This document shows, one piece after another, positions 10,407-20,332 of a DNA stretch of 64,000 nt. Under the pieces are notes generated by a model, which was given only the letters and a program-made list of their open reading frames with translations, ran no database searches and was not told the origin of the DNA. The translations under genes were made by a program, and so were the position numbers. The first letter of the stretch is position 1. Each line of letters begins with the position of its first letter. Source of the DNA: a virus; IMG/VR virus record IMGVR_UViG_3300012944_000001, positions 1 through 64,000 of that record; one strand, 5' to 3'.

Positions 10407-10790
10407 ATGACTATCACTGGTGGAAAAACCATAATAGTTACTGGAAAGTATGTAAACTTCATCAGTGGCGCAGGAGAGAACGGTACTGTACAATTCATAC
10501 CCTCTCTACCAAGTCTGTCTGATGCTGTGGATGATCAGTTCTTAACTATTCCTCCTCTTGTTGCTGTACTACCAGGGACACTGGGGGGTACCCCAAACAG
10601 CAGCGGACCAGGTACTTTTAGTATTCATCTACCTTGCACAGACAACACTGAATTGCATCCAGAAGGATTTACTTACACTGTTATTGAGAAGGTTACCAAT
10701 ATGGCTAATCGAATCACTAAAGGTGTGTTAATTCCTTCTACTTATGGTTCAACGGTTGATTTGACACAGGTTCTAGCACCATATATCTAA
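10407..10790 (+). CDS. hypothetical protein resembling the N-terminal adaptor domain of actinophage minor tail proteins
   Basis: VTG.Y...G.V.F.P...F.I.LP.TD...L.P.GFTY.V.E pattern recalled. Confidence 0.45.
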   Translation: MTITGGKTIIVTGKYVNFISGAGENGTVQFIPSLPSLSDAVDDQFLTIPPLVAVLPGTLGGTPNSSGPGTFSIHLPCTDNTELHPEGFTYTVIEKVTNMANRITKGVLIPSTYGSTVDLTQVLAPYI

Positions 10791-10812
10791 ACTAATAAAA
10801 GGAGGCAGTAGG

Positions 10813-11448
10813 GTGGAATTTGAGAAGTGGCCCAGTATTCCTCGGCTTTCTAAGGAGAAGGCTGTTGTAACAGAGAAGATTGATGGCTCGAATAGTTGTA
10901 TTCGTATTCGTCCTTATCACGGTATTGTAAATGACAATGATGTTGTTCTGCATGTTGTAGTAAAGGATGAACCATATTCTGTTTGGGCACAGTCTCGCAC
11001 TAGATTCTTAAAGCCTGACAAGAGCAGCGATAATTTCGGTTTTGCTGTATGGGTACACAATAACGCCAGTAACCTGGTAGATATTCTGGGCAACGGTAAT
11101 CACTATGGCGAGTGGTGGGGTTCTAAGATCCAGCGTGGATATGGTCTCACAAACGGTGAGCGTCGTTTCTCCCTGTTCAATGCTTCTCGTTGGCAGGAAG
11201 CTATCGATATTTATCCCGATTCCACTGAAGTAAAGGAACTGTGCACTGTACCTATGCTGTATTCTGGTTCTTTCATAGACATGGATTTGACAAGTCTTAG
11301 AGAAGATCTCCTGCGTAATGGCTCAGAAGCTATGCCTGGTTTCAAGGCAGAAGGTATGGTACTGTACCTGCGAGAACTGGATGCAAGTTATAAGATTCTT
11401 CTTGACAAGGATGACCAACACAAGTGGGAGATCGCAAATGGTAAGTAA
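10813..11448 (+). CDS. RNA ligase (Rnl2-like nucleotidyltransferase domain)
   Basis: Motif I TEKIDGSN, QSR, YGEWWG, F.LF, EGMV. Confidence 0.8.
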   Translation: MEFEKWPSIPRLSKEKAVVTEKIDGSNSCIRIRPYHGIVNDNDVVLHVVVKDEPYSVWAQSRTRFLKPDKSSDNFGFAVWVHNNASNLVDILGNGNHYGEWWGSKIQRGYGLTNGERRFSLFNASRWQEAIDIYPDSTEVKELCTVPMLYSGSFIDMDLTSLREDLLRNGSEAMPGFKAEGMVLYLRELDASYKILLDKDDQHKWEIANGK

Positions 11449-11561
11449 GGAAATGGCCTACCAAGAACTTGACAAACTTATTAATAGTAATAGATATTAC
11501 TGGAGTAGTCCAATGGTGTCTGCTATGTTGTGGCTTTGTCTAACAATTCTGAATACAGAAA

Positions 11562-11750
11562 GTGATCCACTTGTCTAAAAAAGTTGTAGAACTTAAGTTA
11601 ACACTCCACTTTCAGGGAGATTATATTCCTGTAGAAGATTGTGAGCGCTATGTAGAAAATTGGCTCAGTATGGGTCTGGAAGACCGAGATGATCTAAGAG
11701 ACTGGTACATAGAAGTACTTTCAGTAAATGAAACAGATGGCGACGCATAA
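11562..11750 (+). CDS. hypothetical protein
   Basis: Operonic acidic ORF. Confidence 0.5.
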   Translation: MIHLSKKVVELKLTLHFQGDYIPVEDCERYVENWLSMGLEDRDDLRDWYIEVLSVNETDGDA

Positions 11751-12066
11751 AGATAGCCAGAGACAGGAACGCCTCCTTGCCAATCGGTTTGGAGGCACTG
11801 TCAATTCTGGCTCAGGTAATGGGTGGATTCGTAAAGGCGATGTAAGAACAGAGGAAGAGCTCTTTGAATTAAAGATAACCTCAGCTAAATCTTATTCTCT
11901 TAAAGACGCTGAACTAGAAAAGAATTACAATCAAGCACTCATAGATGGACGAATTCCGATCTTTCTGGTAGAGTTTAAAATCTCCAGTAATTCTTGGGTA
12001 ATCATGTCTAAGGATGACTATATAACTCTTAGAGAAAGAGCAAGTCTTGGTAATGAAACTCCGTAG
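11728..12066 (+). CDS. PD-(D/E)XK nuclease, Holliday-junction-resolvase-like
   Basis: QE..LA..FGG....SG.G...KGDV......ELK. Confidence 0.7.
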   Translation: MKQMATHKDSQRQERLLANRFGGTVNSGSGNGWIRKGDVRTEEELFELKITSAKSYSLKDAELEKNYNQALIDGRIPIFLVEFKISSNSWVIMSKDDYITLRERASLGNETP

Positions 12067-12394
12067 TGTAGCCCCCCAATGGTTCCATGATAATCCGACT
12101 AAAACAGCTAAGTGTGTGCTATTTAAAGCCACAGCAGCTTACGATCCTTGGTTCGGTGATTCAGAGGATTTGGACTCGTCTGAGGAAACTGATGAAGCCA
12201 AGGCTATATGCCGAGGAACCTATGATGGTAGGCCGTGTCCTTTATTAGACTTATGTTTAGAATTTGCTATGGATAACAATGAGCGTTACGGAGTCTGGGG
12301 CGGAATGACATCAGACGAAAGAGCAAAACTAAGAAAGGAACGAAAGCTTTGGCAATTGAAAAAGGCTGGGGACCAAAACTCACAGGACGACTAG
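12047..12394 (+). CDS. whiB: WhiB family transcription factor
   Basis: Four Cys plus GVWGG turn and basic tail. Confidence 0.88.
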   Translation: MVMKLRSVAPQWFHDNPTKTAKCVLFKATAAYDPWFGDSEDLDSSEETDEAKAICRGTYDGRPCPLLDLCLEFAMDNNERYGVWGGMTSDERAKLRKERKLWQLKKAGDQNSQDD

Positions 12395-13449
12395 CTGACT
12401 ATGCCAATGCCTCCAAAGGAACTGTTCTCCTTGGGGATATTCAAGCGTACATGATGAAAGAGCATGCCAAGCCTAGTGATCGTCGTCAAGACATCATACA
12501 TCCCTCTGAGATGGCCAAAGAAGGTTGGTGTCCTAGAAGTACCTACTACCGCATTAAGGCGTGTAGAGAGGCATCTGATCCCTTCCTGAAGCCTCCTGAG
12601 AACATAGGTGTCCAGCTCCTGAACATCTTTGATGAAGGACATAATATTCACCATAAATGGCAGACCCGTATAAGAAATATGGGAGATTTATGGGGAAACT
12701 GGGCGTGCGGCTTCTGTGGTTATATTACTGAATGCCACTTGTTTGATGAGAATAAGTTCTGTGAATATTGTGAGAGATCTGGCAGAATTGATATATACCA
12801 AGAAGTACCTTTACACGCAGAACAGTATCTTATTCATGGACATGCTGATGGTGCTATTCCTCGTTTGAAGTCTCTTATAGAGATTAAATCAGTAGGAACA
12901 GGTACGGTAAGAATTTCTGCACCAGATATTTACGCAGCTAATACTGAAGGGGCTATGATAGACCTACAGGGCCTGTGGAAAGATATTAAAAAGCCTTTCC
13001 CAGAGCATATTAATCAAGGACAACTTTATCTGACTTTATGTAGTCTTATGGGCCTTGAATATGATCAGATTATATTTATCTATGAATCTAAATATAATCA
13101 GGGTGTAAAAGAATTCGTAGTAAAGTATGATCCTAATTACTGTGACAATATGCTTAAGCAGGCTAGTATTATTACTAATGCTTTAGAAGGCTGTTATCCT
13201 AACGGAGAAGATTGTCCAATTTGCGAGCACAAAAATTTGGATTATCCGTTTATCTGTGAGTGTACTGATCCTGTAAAATGTCCTACTGGCGCAACTTGTA
13301 AAGATTGTGAGAAATATAGTGGCACAGAGAAATCCGATTCAAAGAGGGTGGGGGAATCAGAACACGGCCAAAGGACTGAAAGCCCCAGAACAGCCATCAG
13401 AAGACGCCCCGGATCTTCCTCAAGGATTGTCAGACCTTCCAGATCATGA
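12349..13449 (+). CDS. Cas4-like exonuclease
   Basis: HPS...CPR, G..IH, GHADG, IEIKS, QGQLY, C-terminal Cys cluster; no CRISPR array. Confidence 0.8.
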   Translation: MAIEKGWGPKLTGRLADYANASKGTVLLGDIQAYMMKEHAKPSDRRQDIIHPSEMAKEGWCPRSTYYRIKACREASDPFLKPPENIGVQLLNIFDEGHNIHHKWQTRIRNMGDLWGNWACGFCGYITECHLFDENKFCEYCERSGRIDIYQEVPLHAEQYLIHGHADGAIPRLKSLIEIKSVGTGTVRISAPDIYAANTEGAMIDLQGLWKDIKKPFPEHINQGQLYLTLCSLMGLEYDQIIFIYESKYNQGVKEFVVKYDPNYCDNMLKQASIITNALEGCYPNGEDCPICEHKNLDYPFICECTDPVKCPTGATCKDCEKYSGTEKSDSKRVGESEHGQRTESPRTAIRRRPGSSSRIVRPSRS

Positions 13450-13801
13450 CCTGATGGAATTATACGTATCTTTCACCAACTGGACTGGGTACGCAGGTTA
13501 TCTTGTAGCTCTTGCAGAAATTGAGGAACGTAAAGCAGATCGTATTCTTCAAAGAGTATTTGATAAATATAGCATTCAGCATAAGAAGGAAAAAACGGTA
13601 GCAGCTACCAAAGCCATGGTTCAGCAGGAGCCGGACTACCTTGACGCCGAGGATGCAGTTGATGTAGCATATGCTGTAACGAAAATTACACGAAGTCAGT
13701 ATACCCACCTGGAATCTTGTGGAAAAACAGTATCAAGAGAACTTTCCCGAAGGTTGGCCAGACGTGGTAATGAAGATCGTAGTGATAAATATAACTCTTA
13801 G
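13307..13801 (+). CDS. coiled-coil protein (possible UvsY-like recombination mediator)
   Basis: Helical, ends SRELSRR; recombination context. Confidence 0.45.
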   Translation: MRNIVAQRNPIQRGWGNQNTAKGLKAPEQPSEDAPDLPQGLSDLPDHDLMELYVSFTNWTGYAGYLVALAEIEERKADRILQRVFDKYSIQHKKEKTVAATKAMVQQEPDYLDAEDAVDVAYAVTKITRSQYTHLESCGKTVSRELSRRLARRGNEDRSDKYNS

Positions 13802-13809
13802 GGGAGAAT

Positions 13810-13983
13810 ATGTTTGGTAGGTCTAAAGGAAAGAAGTACAAGAACAAGAATATTGAAGATATTACTTATACAGTTAAAGCGGTGTCTCCGGAAAAGAAGC
13901 TCATAGAGCTAAAGTCCAATGATGGTAGTGAGAATATCGTTGTTACATACTCAGAATTAAAGGATCGTTACAAAGAAGTTTAA
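13810..13983 (+). CDS. small hypothetical protein (not in ORF track)
   Basis: GGGGAG RBS, ATG TTT GGT AGG...GAA GTT TAA. Confidence 0.5.
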   Translation: MFGRSKGKKYKNKNIEDITYTVKAVSPEKKLIELKSNDGSENIVVTYSELKDRYKEV

Positions 13984-13985
13984 TT

Positions 13986-14014
13986 AAAATAGCCCCTATA
14001 TAGGGGCTATTTTC
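13986..14014 (+). terminator. intrinsic terminator
   Basis: AAAATAGCCCCTA-TA-TAGGGGCTATTTT. Confidence 0.75.
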
Positions 14015-14033
14015 TTATTATAAGGAGAAGTAA

Positions 14034-14738
14034 TTGAAAGTAACACTTATTGCGCGGACCGGATTTATTGATATTCCAGAATCCGTTGAAGGTACGTCAT
14101 TTGGGGAATTTTTCTATTCTGATAAAGATGCTCTGATAAATGACTCAGACACTCTAGCGCATTTTGCTGGACGATCCTGTTATCAATCTTGGGATATGCC
14201 AAGTGAGAAGACTGCTACTAATATGGGTTATATGGCTAATATTCTTAAGCAGCAACATTATTCGATTATGGAACATGCTTCTGCTACTTTCTATATTGAA
14301 GGTGTTTCTCGTAATCTGACCCATGAATTGATTCGTCATCGGCACTTGAGTTATAGTGAGTTGTCTCAGCGTTTCGTTAACATGGAAGACTCAAAGGTAA
14401 TAGTTGCTCCAGCTAACAGGGAACAGCTCAATCTCCCGAAACTTCTGCCGCAGGCACCTCAGACTCTGATCAACTACACCGCAGTAGTTGACAGGCTGAT
14501 GAGTTTCGGTAAGACTAGGAAGGAAGCACGTGAAGCTGCGCGATATGATCTTCCAGGAGGAACTGAGACTAAGATCGTAGTCACTGGAAACCATAGAGCA
14601 TGGCGGGATATGCTCCACAAGCGCTACAGTGTCCATGCAGACGCAGAGATTTGCGAACTTGCCACAGAACTACTGAAGCAGCTAAAATTGCTCGCACCAG
14701 CAACATACCAGGACTTCCCAGATCGCCCATTTGAATAG
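14034..14738 (+). CDS. thyX: flavin-dependent thymidylate synthase
   Basis: AGRSCY, HYSIMEH, ThyX motif RHRHLSYSELSQRF, TGNHRAW. Confidence 0.95.
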   Translation: MKVTLIARTGFIDIPESVEGTSFGEFFYSDKDALINDSDTLAHFAGRSCYQSWDMPSEKTATNMGYMANILKQQHYSIMEHASATFYIEGVSRNLTHELIRHRHLSYSELSQRFVNMEDSKVIVAPANREQLNLPKLLPQAPQTLINYTAVVDRLMSFGKTRKEAREAARYDLPGGTETKIVVTGNHRAWRDMLHKRYSVHADAEICELATELLKQLKLLAPATYQDFPDRPFE

Positions 14739-14746
14739 GAGAAGAT

Positions 14747-15100
14747 ATGTCTGACGAACCTCAGGTATCTTACGAGAATGCTTATGTAGTAGACTGTCAT
14801 GATTTGGATAAATTCGTAAACATGCACCTAGAAGGCTATGGCAAGACGTGGCGTTCACTTGACACAAACCAAGATGGCTACCATAATGGTAGTTATGAAG
14901 AGGCCGATGTAGCTCCAGGTCAGGAACCTGACTGGGATGATAATCAGGACTTTGATCGCTGGCTTGCTGGTGGTCTTTATTTTGGGGAAGACACTTATGG
15001 TGGTGGAGGCGGTATGCCCTCTATTGAGGAGATGTTACAGTGGCTCTGTGATCAGGACAAGGTTCCCCTGGGAAAGTATGTGGTAAAACTATGGTGGTAA
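14747..15100 (+). CDS. hypothetical protein
   Basis: AGGAG RBS. Confidence 0.65.
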   Translation: MSDEPQVSYENAYVVDCHDLDKFVNMHLEGYGKTWRSLDTNQDGYHNGSYEEADVAPGQEPDWDDNQDFDRWLAGGLYFGEDTYGGGGGMPSIEEMLQWLCDQDKVPLGKYVVKLWW

Positions 15101-15309
15101 CTGTCCGAGAGTTTATAGAAGCACTACAAGAACTTCCTCCAGATATTCCTATGATTCTTTCCACAGACGAAGAAGGCAACGAACTTCGTATGGTGAACGG
15201 TGTTGGTAAGTGTTATGTTGTAGATCTCCAGCATCGCTGTATGGAAGGCATTCATGAGGATGATTTGGATGAATATGACCATTGGGTATTGACAGCGGAG
15301 GTTTGGTAA
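15091..15309 (+). CDS. hypothetical protein
   Basis: TVrEfIEaLqeLPPD...D.EGN common phage motif. Confidence 0.65.
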   Translation: MVVTVREFIEALQELPPDIPMILSTDEEGNELRMVNGVGKCYVVDLQHRCMEGIHEDDLDEYDHWVLTAEVW

Positions 15310-15460
15310 TGGATTTTAATTCAGGATTTAATGTCGGTCTCACTACAGCAGAGCAGATTCTTACAGAGAAGATGCTGGAACTTCCCAAGGAGACCGCTAT
15401 GGACATCTGGGATTTTATTCTTGACGTAAAGTTGGCTATTCGAGAGAAGGTAATTAACTA

Positions 15461-15667
15461 ATGGCATTGTCTTCTATTTATTATGTGTCTTGCCTAGAAG
15501 ATGAGATTCCTAATCAGTGTGAGTGGGAATCCTCTCAGGTCAACGCAGAGGAAACCGCTCTGCTTGACGCACCATACTGTGCGCATGGTGAATATGCAAT
15601 AGTATATGAAATTAGTGTTCGTGCGATCAAGCAGGTTATTCCTAACTATACTTTGGAGGCTGTGTAA
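15461..15667 (+). CDS. hypothetical protein
   Basis: Operonic ORF. Confidence 0.55.
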   Translation: MALSSIYYVSCLEDEIPNQCEWESSQVNAEETALLDAPYCAHGEYAIVYEISVRAIKQVIPNYTLEAV

Positions 15668-15872
15668 AATGGAGCCTGTAAGTTGGCTTAAGGCTAAGTA
15701 CTCTTGCCCCAAGCAGCGCGGACGTTATTCCGGAGGTACCCACAATGGTCCTCTGAAGAAGCGTAAGAAGGTCAGTGGAAGCAAGCCTAAGCCAGTTGTT
15801 CAACGCGTAATGGTTTTGAGTGCCAACGGTAAGACTGGTTTTACCTGGGGCCTTCCTAATTAAGGAAACAAC

Positions 15873-16088
15873 ATGGGAAAACATGCTAGAAAGCCTGTAT
15901 CGAGTAAACCTCTGACACAGAGACAGAAGAAAGCTCTTACTGAAGAAGAGTTAGCTGAGTATGAAAAGACCAGAGCTACCATTCGTAAAGCTGATGAGGT
16001 TGAACGTTCTTATAAAGTAAGACCTCAAGCTATTCGGGAAGAAGAAGCTGCACGAGCCGAACGTAAAAAGCATTGGTGGCAGCGGTGA
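15873..16088 (+). CDS. hypothetical protein
   Basis: AAGGA RBS. Confidence 0.6.
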   Translation: MGKHARKPVSSKPLTQRQKKALTEEELAEYEKTRATIRKADEVERSYKVRPQAIREEEAARAERKKHWWQR

Positions 16089-16358
16089 AAATTAGAAAGG
16101 CTAAACCTATTTGTCCGGGCTGCAAGAGAAATGATTATGTAGCCCGGCATAATAGTGTAATAACTTCTCTCAGAGAATGGTGGTGCGGATATTGTCAGCA
16201 TTGGTTTGTGGTATATAAATGAGTAAACATCCTAACTGTCCCACGTGTAATAAAAATGATAAAGTAGTATTTCAAAGTAGAAGCCGGGTGGCAAATACAG
16301 CCTCCTGGTATTGTCTAAGATGCCGTACACCTTTTAAATCAGGGAGAGGTATTAAAGG

Positions 16359-16748
16359 ATGACCAAGGTTGTTATTACGGGTTCAAGAGACTGGCCAAGC
16401 AGCAAAGCTTCACTCATCTGGGATGCCCTCAGGAAGCTCCAGGACAGACATGAGAACGATTGGCACTGGTCCCCTATGGAACTCCATCATGGAGACTGCC
16501 CGTTCGGTGGAGCGGACCTTATAGGCGCTTCCTGGGCTGCTGGTGCTGACTGGGAGGTTATTGCACATCCGCCTATTAAGCCTACCAGTTGGGCATACGC
16601 CAAACGTAATCAGGAAATGATTGACCTAAACCCTGATTACGTGGTAGCGTGCTTTCTAGAGGGCGCGGGTAATCGTGGAACTCAGATGACCTATGATATG
16701 GCTGTTAAGGCAGGACTCAAACACAAGATAATTGAGGTAAAAGGATAG
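16359..16748 (+). CDS. SLOG family (YspA/DUF2493-like) protein
   Basis: VVITGSRDW, HGDCPFGGAD, RNQEM, GTQMT. Confidence 0.8.
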   Translation: MTKVVITGSRDWPSSKASLIWDALRKLQDRHENDWHWSPMELHHGDCPFGGADLIGASWAAGADWEVIAHPPIKPTSWAYAKRNQEMIDLNPDYVVACFLEGAGNRGTQMTYDMAVKAGLKHKIIEVKG

Positions 16749-16848
16749 AACTAGTGCTATGTAATTGTGGCGCACCTGCGGTACCTAAGTGGTACCCTTT
16801 CTGCTCTAAACTCTGTTACGATTTCTACCATAAGGGGATACCAAAGAA

Positions 16849-17112
16849 GTGAATATTGTATATGCTCGATCTTGGAGTGAGTCTGAGAGAGGTTGGGGAT
16901 ATAGTTCTGATGGTTATAGTCTTCATCTCACAAAAGAAGATGCTATAGACTATGTAAAAGACTACTGGGATTCTATGCCTGACCACACTCCTGATGTATA
17001 TTCTTTTCCTAGTGGTGTTGTTTTTCCTACAGAAGTTGATAAGTATTTGCTTGATGTGATCGGTAGTGCTAAGAATGGTATTCGTGAATATAATTGGAGT
17101 CCTAATAAGTGA
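16849..17112 (+). CDS. hypothetical protein
   Basis: W.ESERGWG...DGYSLH phage motif. Confidence 0.65.
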   Translation: MNIVYARSWSESERGWGYSSDGYSLHLTKEDAIDYVKDYWDSMPDHTPDVYSFPSGVVFPTEVDKYLLDVIGSAKNGIREYNWSPNK

Positions 17113-17118
17113 GTAAAG

Positions 17119-17604
17119 ATGAGTAACCCACTACAGCCCAAAGCCGTATTTATAGGTATCGACCAATCCTATACCGGCTTTGGGCTTGTAGTATTGGATG
17201 ATGCAGGAAATTGTCTTGGGAAGCATTTATGGAAATTTCCTAAAACAGAAGATGATGGAGAACGGTTAGCAACGATAAATGATAAGTTGTGGGCACACCT
17301 AGGAGAATACTCTTTACTAAATATAGAAGTACATATTGCTATGGAGGGTTATTCTTACGGTTCCCAACTCAACAGAGAGAAGCTAGGAGAATTAGGGGGA
17401 TTAGTAAAGATGATATCTTTCCTTCTCTTTGGTAAATCTCCTACAGTATTCGCTCCTACAACTTTGAAACAATCTATTACTGGCAAAGGCAACGCTTCTA
17501 AAGAGGACATGATAATAGCCATACAGAGACTTGACTCAGAGGTTACGAACCACAATGTAGCTGATGCATATGGCTTGGCCTATATGATATACTGCGCAAA
17601 CTAA
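17119..17604 (+). CDS. ruvC: RuvC-like Holliday junction resolvase
   Basis: IGIDQS.T.fG, AMEG, TGKGNASKEDM, ADAYGLA. Confidence 0.85.
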   Translation: MSNPLQPKAVFIGIDQSYTGFGLVVLDDAGNCLGKHLWKFPKTEDDGERLATINDKLWAHLGEYSLLNIEVHIAMEGYSYGSQLNREKLGELGGLVKMISFLLFGKSPTVFAPTTLKQSITGKGNASKEDMIIAIQRLDSEVTNHNVADAYGLAYMIYCAN

Positions 17605-17607
17605 ATA

Positions 17608-17655
17608 AGAGCCTATCATCCGTTGATACAATGGGTGGTAGGCTCTTTTTCTTTT
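17608..17655 (+). terminator. intrinsic terminator
   Basis: AGAGCCTATCATCC...GGGTGGTAGGCTCT then T-tract. Confidence 0.7.
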
Positions 17656-17696
17656 GTATGTATAATCAAATAGACATCTATAATCTGGAGAAAAAC

Positions 17697-17981
17697 ATGG
17701 TTGAAAATACGAACCCCAATGAGGTATTACTACGAGTAAAGTCATCTTCCTCTGCTGCTAATTTGGCTGCCGCTATTGCTAATAATGTATATGATAATAA
17801 AGATATTACTTTACGTGCTATTGGTGCAGCAGCAGTTAATCAGACTATTAAGGCTATTGCTATTGCACAATCTTACGTGGGCCCACGGGGCAGAGTATTG
17901 TCCTGCCGACCAGGTTTCACCACCGTAATTATGGCCGACGGAGAAATTTCAGCTCTTACTTTTAAAATAATAGTAGACTAA
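17697..17981 (+). CDS. spoVS: SpoVS family protein
   Basis: LRVKSSS...LAAAIA...LRAIGAAAVNQTIKAIAIA...CRPGF; GGAG RBS before ATG 17697. Confidence 0.88.
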   Translation: MVENTNPNEVLLRVKSSSSAANLAAAIANNVYDNKDITLRAIGAAAVNQTIKAIAIAQSYVGPRGRVLSCRPGFTTVIMADGEISALTFKIIVD

Positions 17982-17997
17982 TCACAGGAGTATATTC

Positions 17998-18204
17998 ATG
18001 CCTGGAGCAGAATCGCAACCAACTATATCTAGAACAGCGGAATTCTCTTCCGGCATCTCTGGAGGATCAGTGCATAGCGCACAACAATCCGCACCCAAAA
18101 GCTATCTTCCTTCTTCTGTACTATCTCCTGTAACAGGAAGTATAAATGGAGAAAGTCCAGCAACATATCAGCAAAATCGAATTCTTGATTACTATCGTTC
18201 GTAG
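17998..18204 (+). CDS. hypothetical protein
   Basis: AGGAG RBS. Confidence 0.55.
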   Translation: MPGAESQPTISRTAEFSSGISGGSVHSAQQSAPKSYLPSSVLSPVTGSINGESPATYQQNRILDYYRS

Positions 18205-18212
18205 GAGATACT

Positions 18213-18536
18213 ATGACAAATACTGAAGCGGGAACTGGTTCTTTCCCTACAATGGGAACCTCTGCTGCTACCCTGTGCCGTACGGGCAAGCCTGAGCGTG
18301 GACGTCTACGTCCTAAGGGCGGAGCAGGTAAGGGTGGCTCTGCTCATGAAGGCCCTACAGGACATCGTAGAGCCTCTTTTGAGAAGATGGGCGCAACACT
18401 CCACCCTACAGCTACTCTGTACGCTCAGAACGCTGCTGAGGCCACTCAGGGACAACGTCACGTTATCATGATGCCTTCCCGTGCATCTTGGACAGATCAA
18501 TTCCGTGCAAAGGCCAAGTACGGGAGAGCAATGTAA
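18213..18536 (+). CDS. hypothetical protein
   Basis: AGGAG RBS. Confidence 0.65.
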   Translation: MTNTEAGTGSFPTMGTSAATLCRTGKPERGRLRPKGGAGKGGSAHEGPTGHRRASFEKMGATLHPTATLYAQNAAEATQGQRHVIMMPSRASWTDQFRAKAKYGRAM

Positions 18537-18871
18537 TGGCCGATGCCCGAAATTTCGGAGAAAGAACTGCTGATGGCATAACTCAAGGAATGGGAACTTG
18601 GAAATTCATTATCGGGCAAGCAGTATTTACCATGTGCTGGATTATACTTAACAGCGTTCATGGTTGGGGTCTGGCTTGGGACAGTTATCCCTTTGTTTTA
18701 TTGAATCTCGTATATTCATTCCAAGCGGGTTTCACTGGTCCTATTCTTTTGCTTTCCCAGAATAGACAAGTAGCCAGAGACAGCACCAGACTCGAACAGG
18801 ATTTGGCAGCTGATATGGAAGCGTTGAATATACTTAACAAGATTGTTGATCATTTAGGCATTGAGGAGTAG
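18536..18871 (+). CDS. DUF1003 family membrane protein
   Basis: GTWKFII...WDSYPFVLLNLVYSFQA...PILLLSQNRQ. Confidence 0.85.
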   Translation: MADARNFGERTADGITQGMGTWKFIIGQAVFTMCWIILNSVHGWGLAWDSYPFVLLNLVYSFQAGFTGPILLLSQNRQVARDSTRLEQDLAADMEALNILNKIVDHLGIEE

Positions 18872-18873
18872 AT

Positions 18874-19416
18874 ATGCCACAGAACCCTAATGTTGGTATG
18901 AACAATATTATGTACAATCCTCCAGTAGGGCAACAGGGTTCTGTTACTCAATATGCTGGCGGTGGAGGACAAGCACTAACAGGATTCAGAAGCATCCTTG
19001 ACGCAAGACTTGCAGCAGCAACAGGTAAAACTCCTGAAGCACAATATCCTGACGGATATCTGGGATCTGTAATTGATCGTCGTCAAGATAAATTGATGCA
19101 GACCGTTCGTAATAATGCGAGAAGTTATACCAGAGGAGTTCATAAGGGCTCCAGAATCGCTCCCACTGATTATTTCTGGCCAGATGACCTTACTCCTTAT
19201 TCAACTCTCGAAAGACGCTTAGAAGGCGATAAGAAGCGTTTTGCGGCGCAAGGTAATCCTATAGAGCGTCTGGCTCATGGAGGAAAGTTCATCAGTAATG
19301 AAGAAGCTGTTAAATTAGCTCAGGAACTTAATATCTCTCATGATCCTCAAATGAAGGTTGTATCACCAGAACTGCGTAAATTTCATCGCAGTATCAATAG
19401 TCCTGGATATATGTAA
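18874..19416 (+). CDS. hypothetical protein
   Basis: GAGGAG RBS. Confidence 0.7.
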   Translation: MPQNPNVGMNNIMYNPPVGQQGSVTQYAGGGGQALTGFRSILDARLAAATGKTPEAQYPDGYLGSVIDRRQDKLMQTVRNNARSYTRGVHKGSRIAPTDYFWPDDLTPYSTLERRLEGDKKRFAAQGNPIERLAHGGKFISNEEAVKLAQELNISHDPQMKVVSPELRKFHRSINSPGYM

Positions 19417-19745
19417 TGGAAAAACAAAATACTAATTACAACCCCGATAAGCGCGAACAAGGTAATGACACCATTTATAATGTGGCAAGACCTGTTCAGT
19501 CTATGGCAGAACAACTAGTATCTGCACAACTGGTAATGAATGCTACAGCAGATGCAATTAACAGAAGACCTCCTATACCTAATATAGGTCTTATACCTAA
19601 TCGTTTTGGCTACCCAGTAGATCCACCAGGAATATCAGATATTCTAGTTGTAGACGATTCTTTCTCTGCCAATTTTGGAGATTTCTCCGGAACCGAATCA
19701 GGTTATCAGGGGACTTCTTATCCCCAGAACCCGAGTCTATCCTAA
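19416..19745 (+). CDS. hypothetical protein
   Basis: TAATG coupling. Confidence 0.65.
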   Translation: MEKQNTNYNPDKREQGNDTIYNVARPVQSMAEQLVSAQLVMNATADAINRRPPIPNIGLIPNRFGYPVDPPGISDILVVDDSFSANFGDFSGTESGYQGTSYPQNPSLS

Positions 19746-19755
19746 GGAGCAAGTA

Positions 19756-19953
19756 ATGGCAGAAGCAAAGCCTGTGGCTAAGAAAGCCGCAAAGAGATCA
19801 GTAGCATCCGCTAGAAAATCCACAGATAAGCGTACAGTAGGAACTGCTGCTAATCCCAAAAAGGTTGCAGCTCCCAATGCGGCAGCTTACAAACCAATAA
19901 AACCCGCAGCAGTAATCAAGAAAACTGCTGGAAGACCGAAGAAGGCAAAATAA
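19756..19953 (+). CDS. small Lys/Ala/Pro-rich basic protein (histone H1-like)
   Basis: AAGGAG RBS before ATG 19756; KPVAKKAAK composition. Confidence 0.6.
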   Translation: MAEAKPVAKKAAKRSVASARKSTDKRTVGTAANPKKVAAPNAAAYKPIKPAAVIKKTAGRPKKAK

Positions 19954-20225
19954 TGGCAATTAACGCTTCCAGAAGCATGAACGAGAGTCTTGACCAAGGT
20001 GCTATTGACGGCACATACAAGCAGATCCGTCGTGATACGGCTGGACAACCAGCGAACACGGAGGCTATGATGAACTCTCGTCGCCAACTACATCTAGCGT
20101 ACTACGGTATCGGTGAGGCTAGAATGGCAGACGTTCCCGGCCGAGGGTTTAAGAATATGCCGTTCTTTGTAGGAAATAAGTTTGAAATTGAAGAAGAGGG
20201 ACCAACTTTCGGCAAGACTTGGTAA
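19953..20225 (+). CDS. hypothetical protein
   Basis: TAATG coupling. Confidence 0.65.
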   Translation: MAINASRSMNESLDQGAIDGTYKQIRRDTAGQPANTEAMMNSRRQLHLAYYGIGEARMADVPGRGFKNMPFFVGNKFEIEEEGPTFGKTW

Positions 20226-20332
20226 CACGTTTTCAAGTTTGTAGTACAGGGCTCCAGTTGACAAAATCGGCTGGGGCCCTCTATGCTAGACAGCATCGTT
20301 ACAGAGCCCGGACATTTCTTCGGATGTAATGA

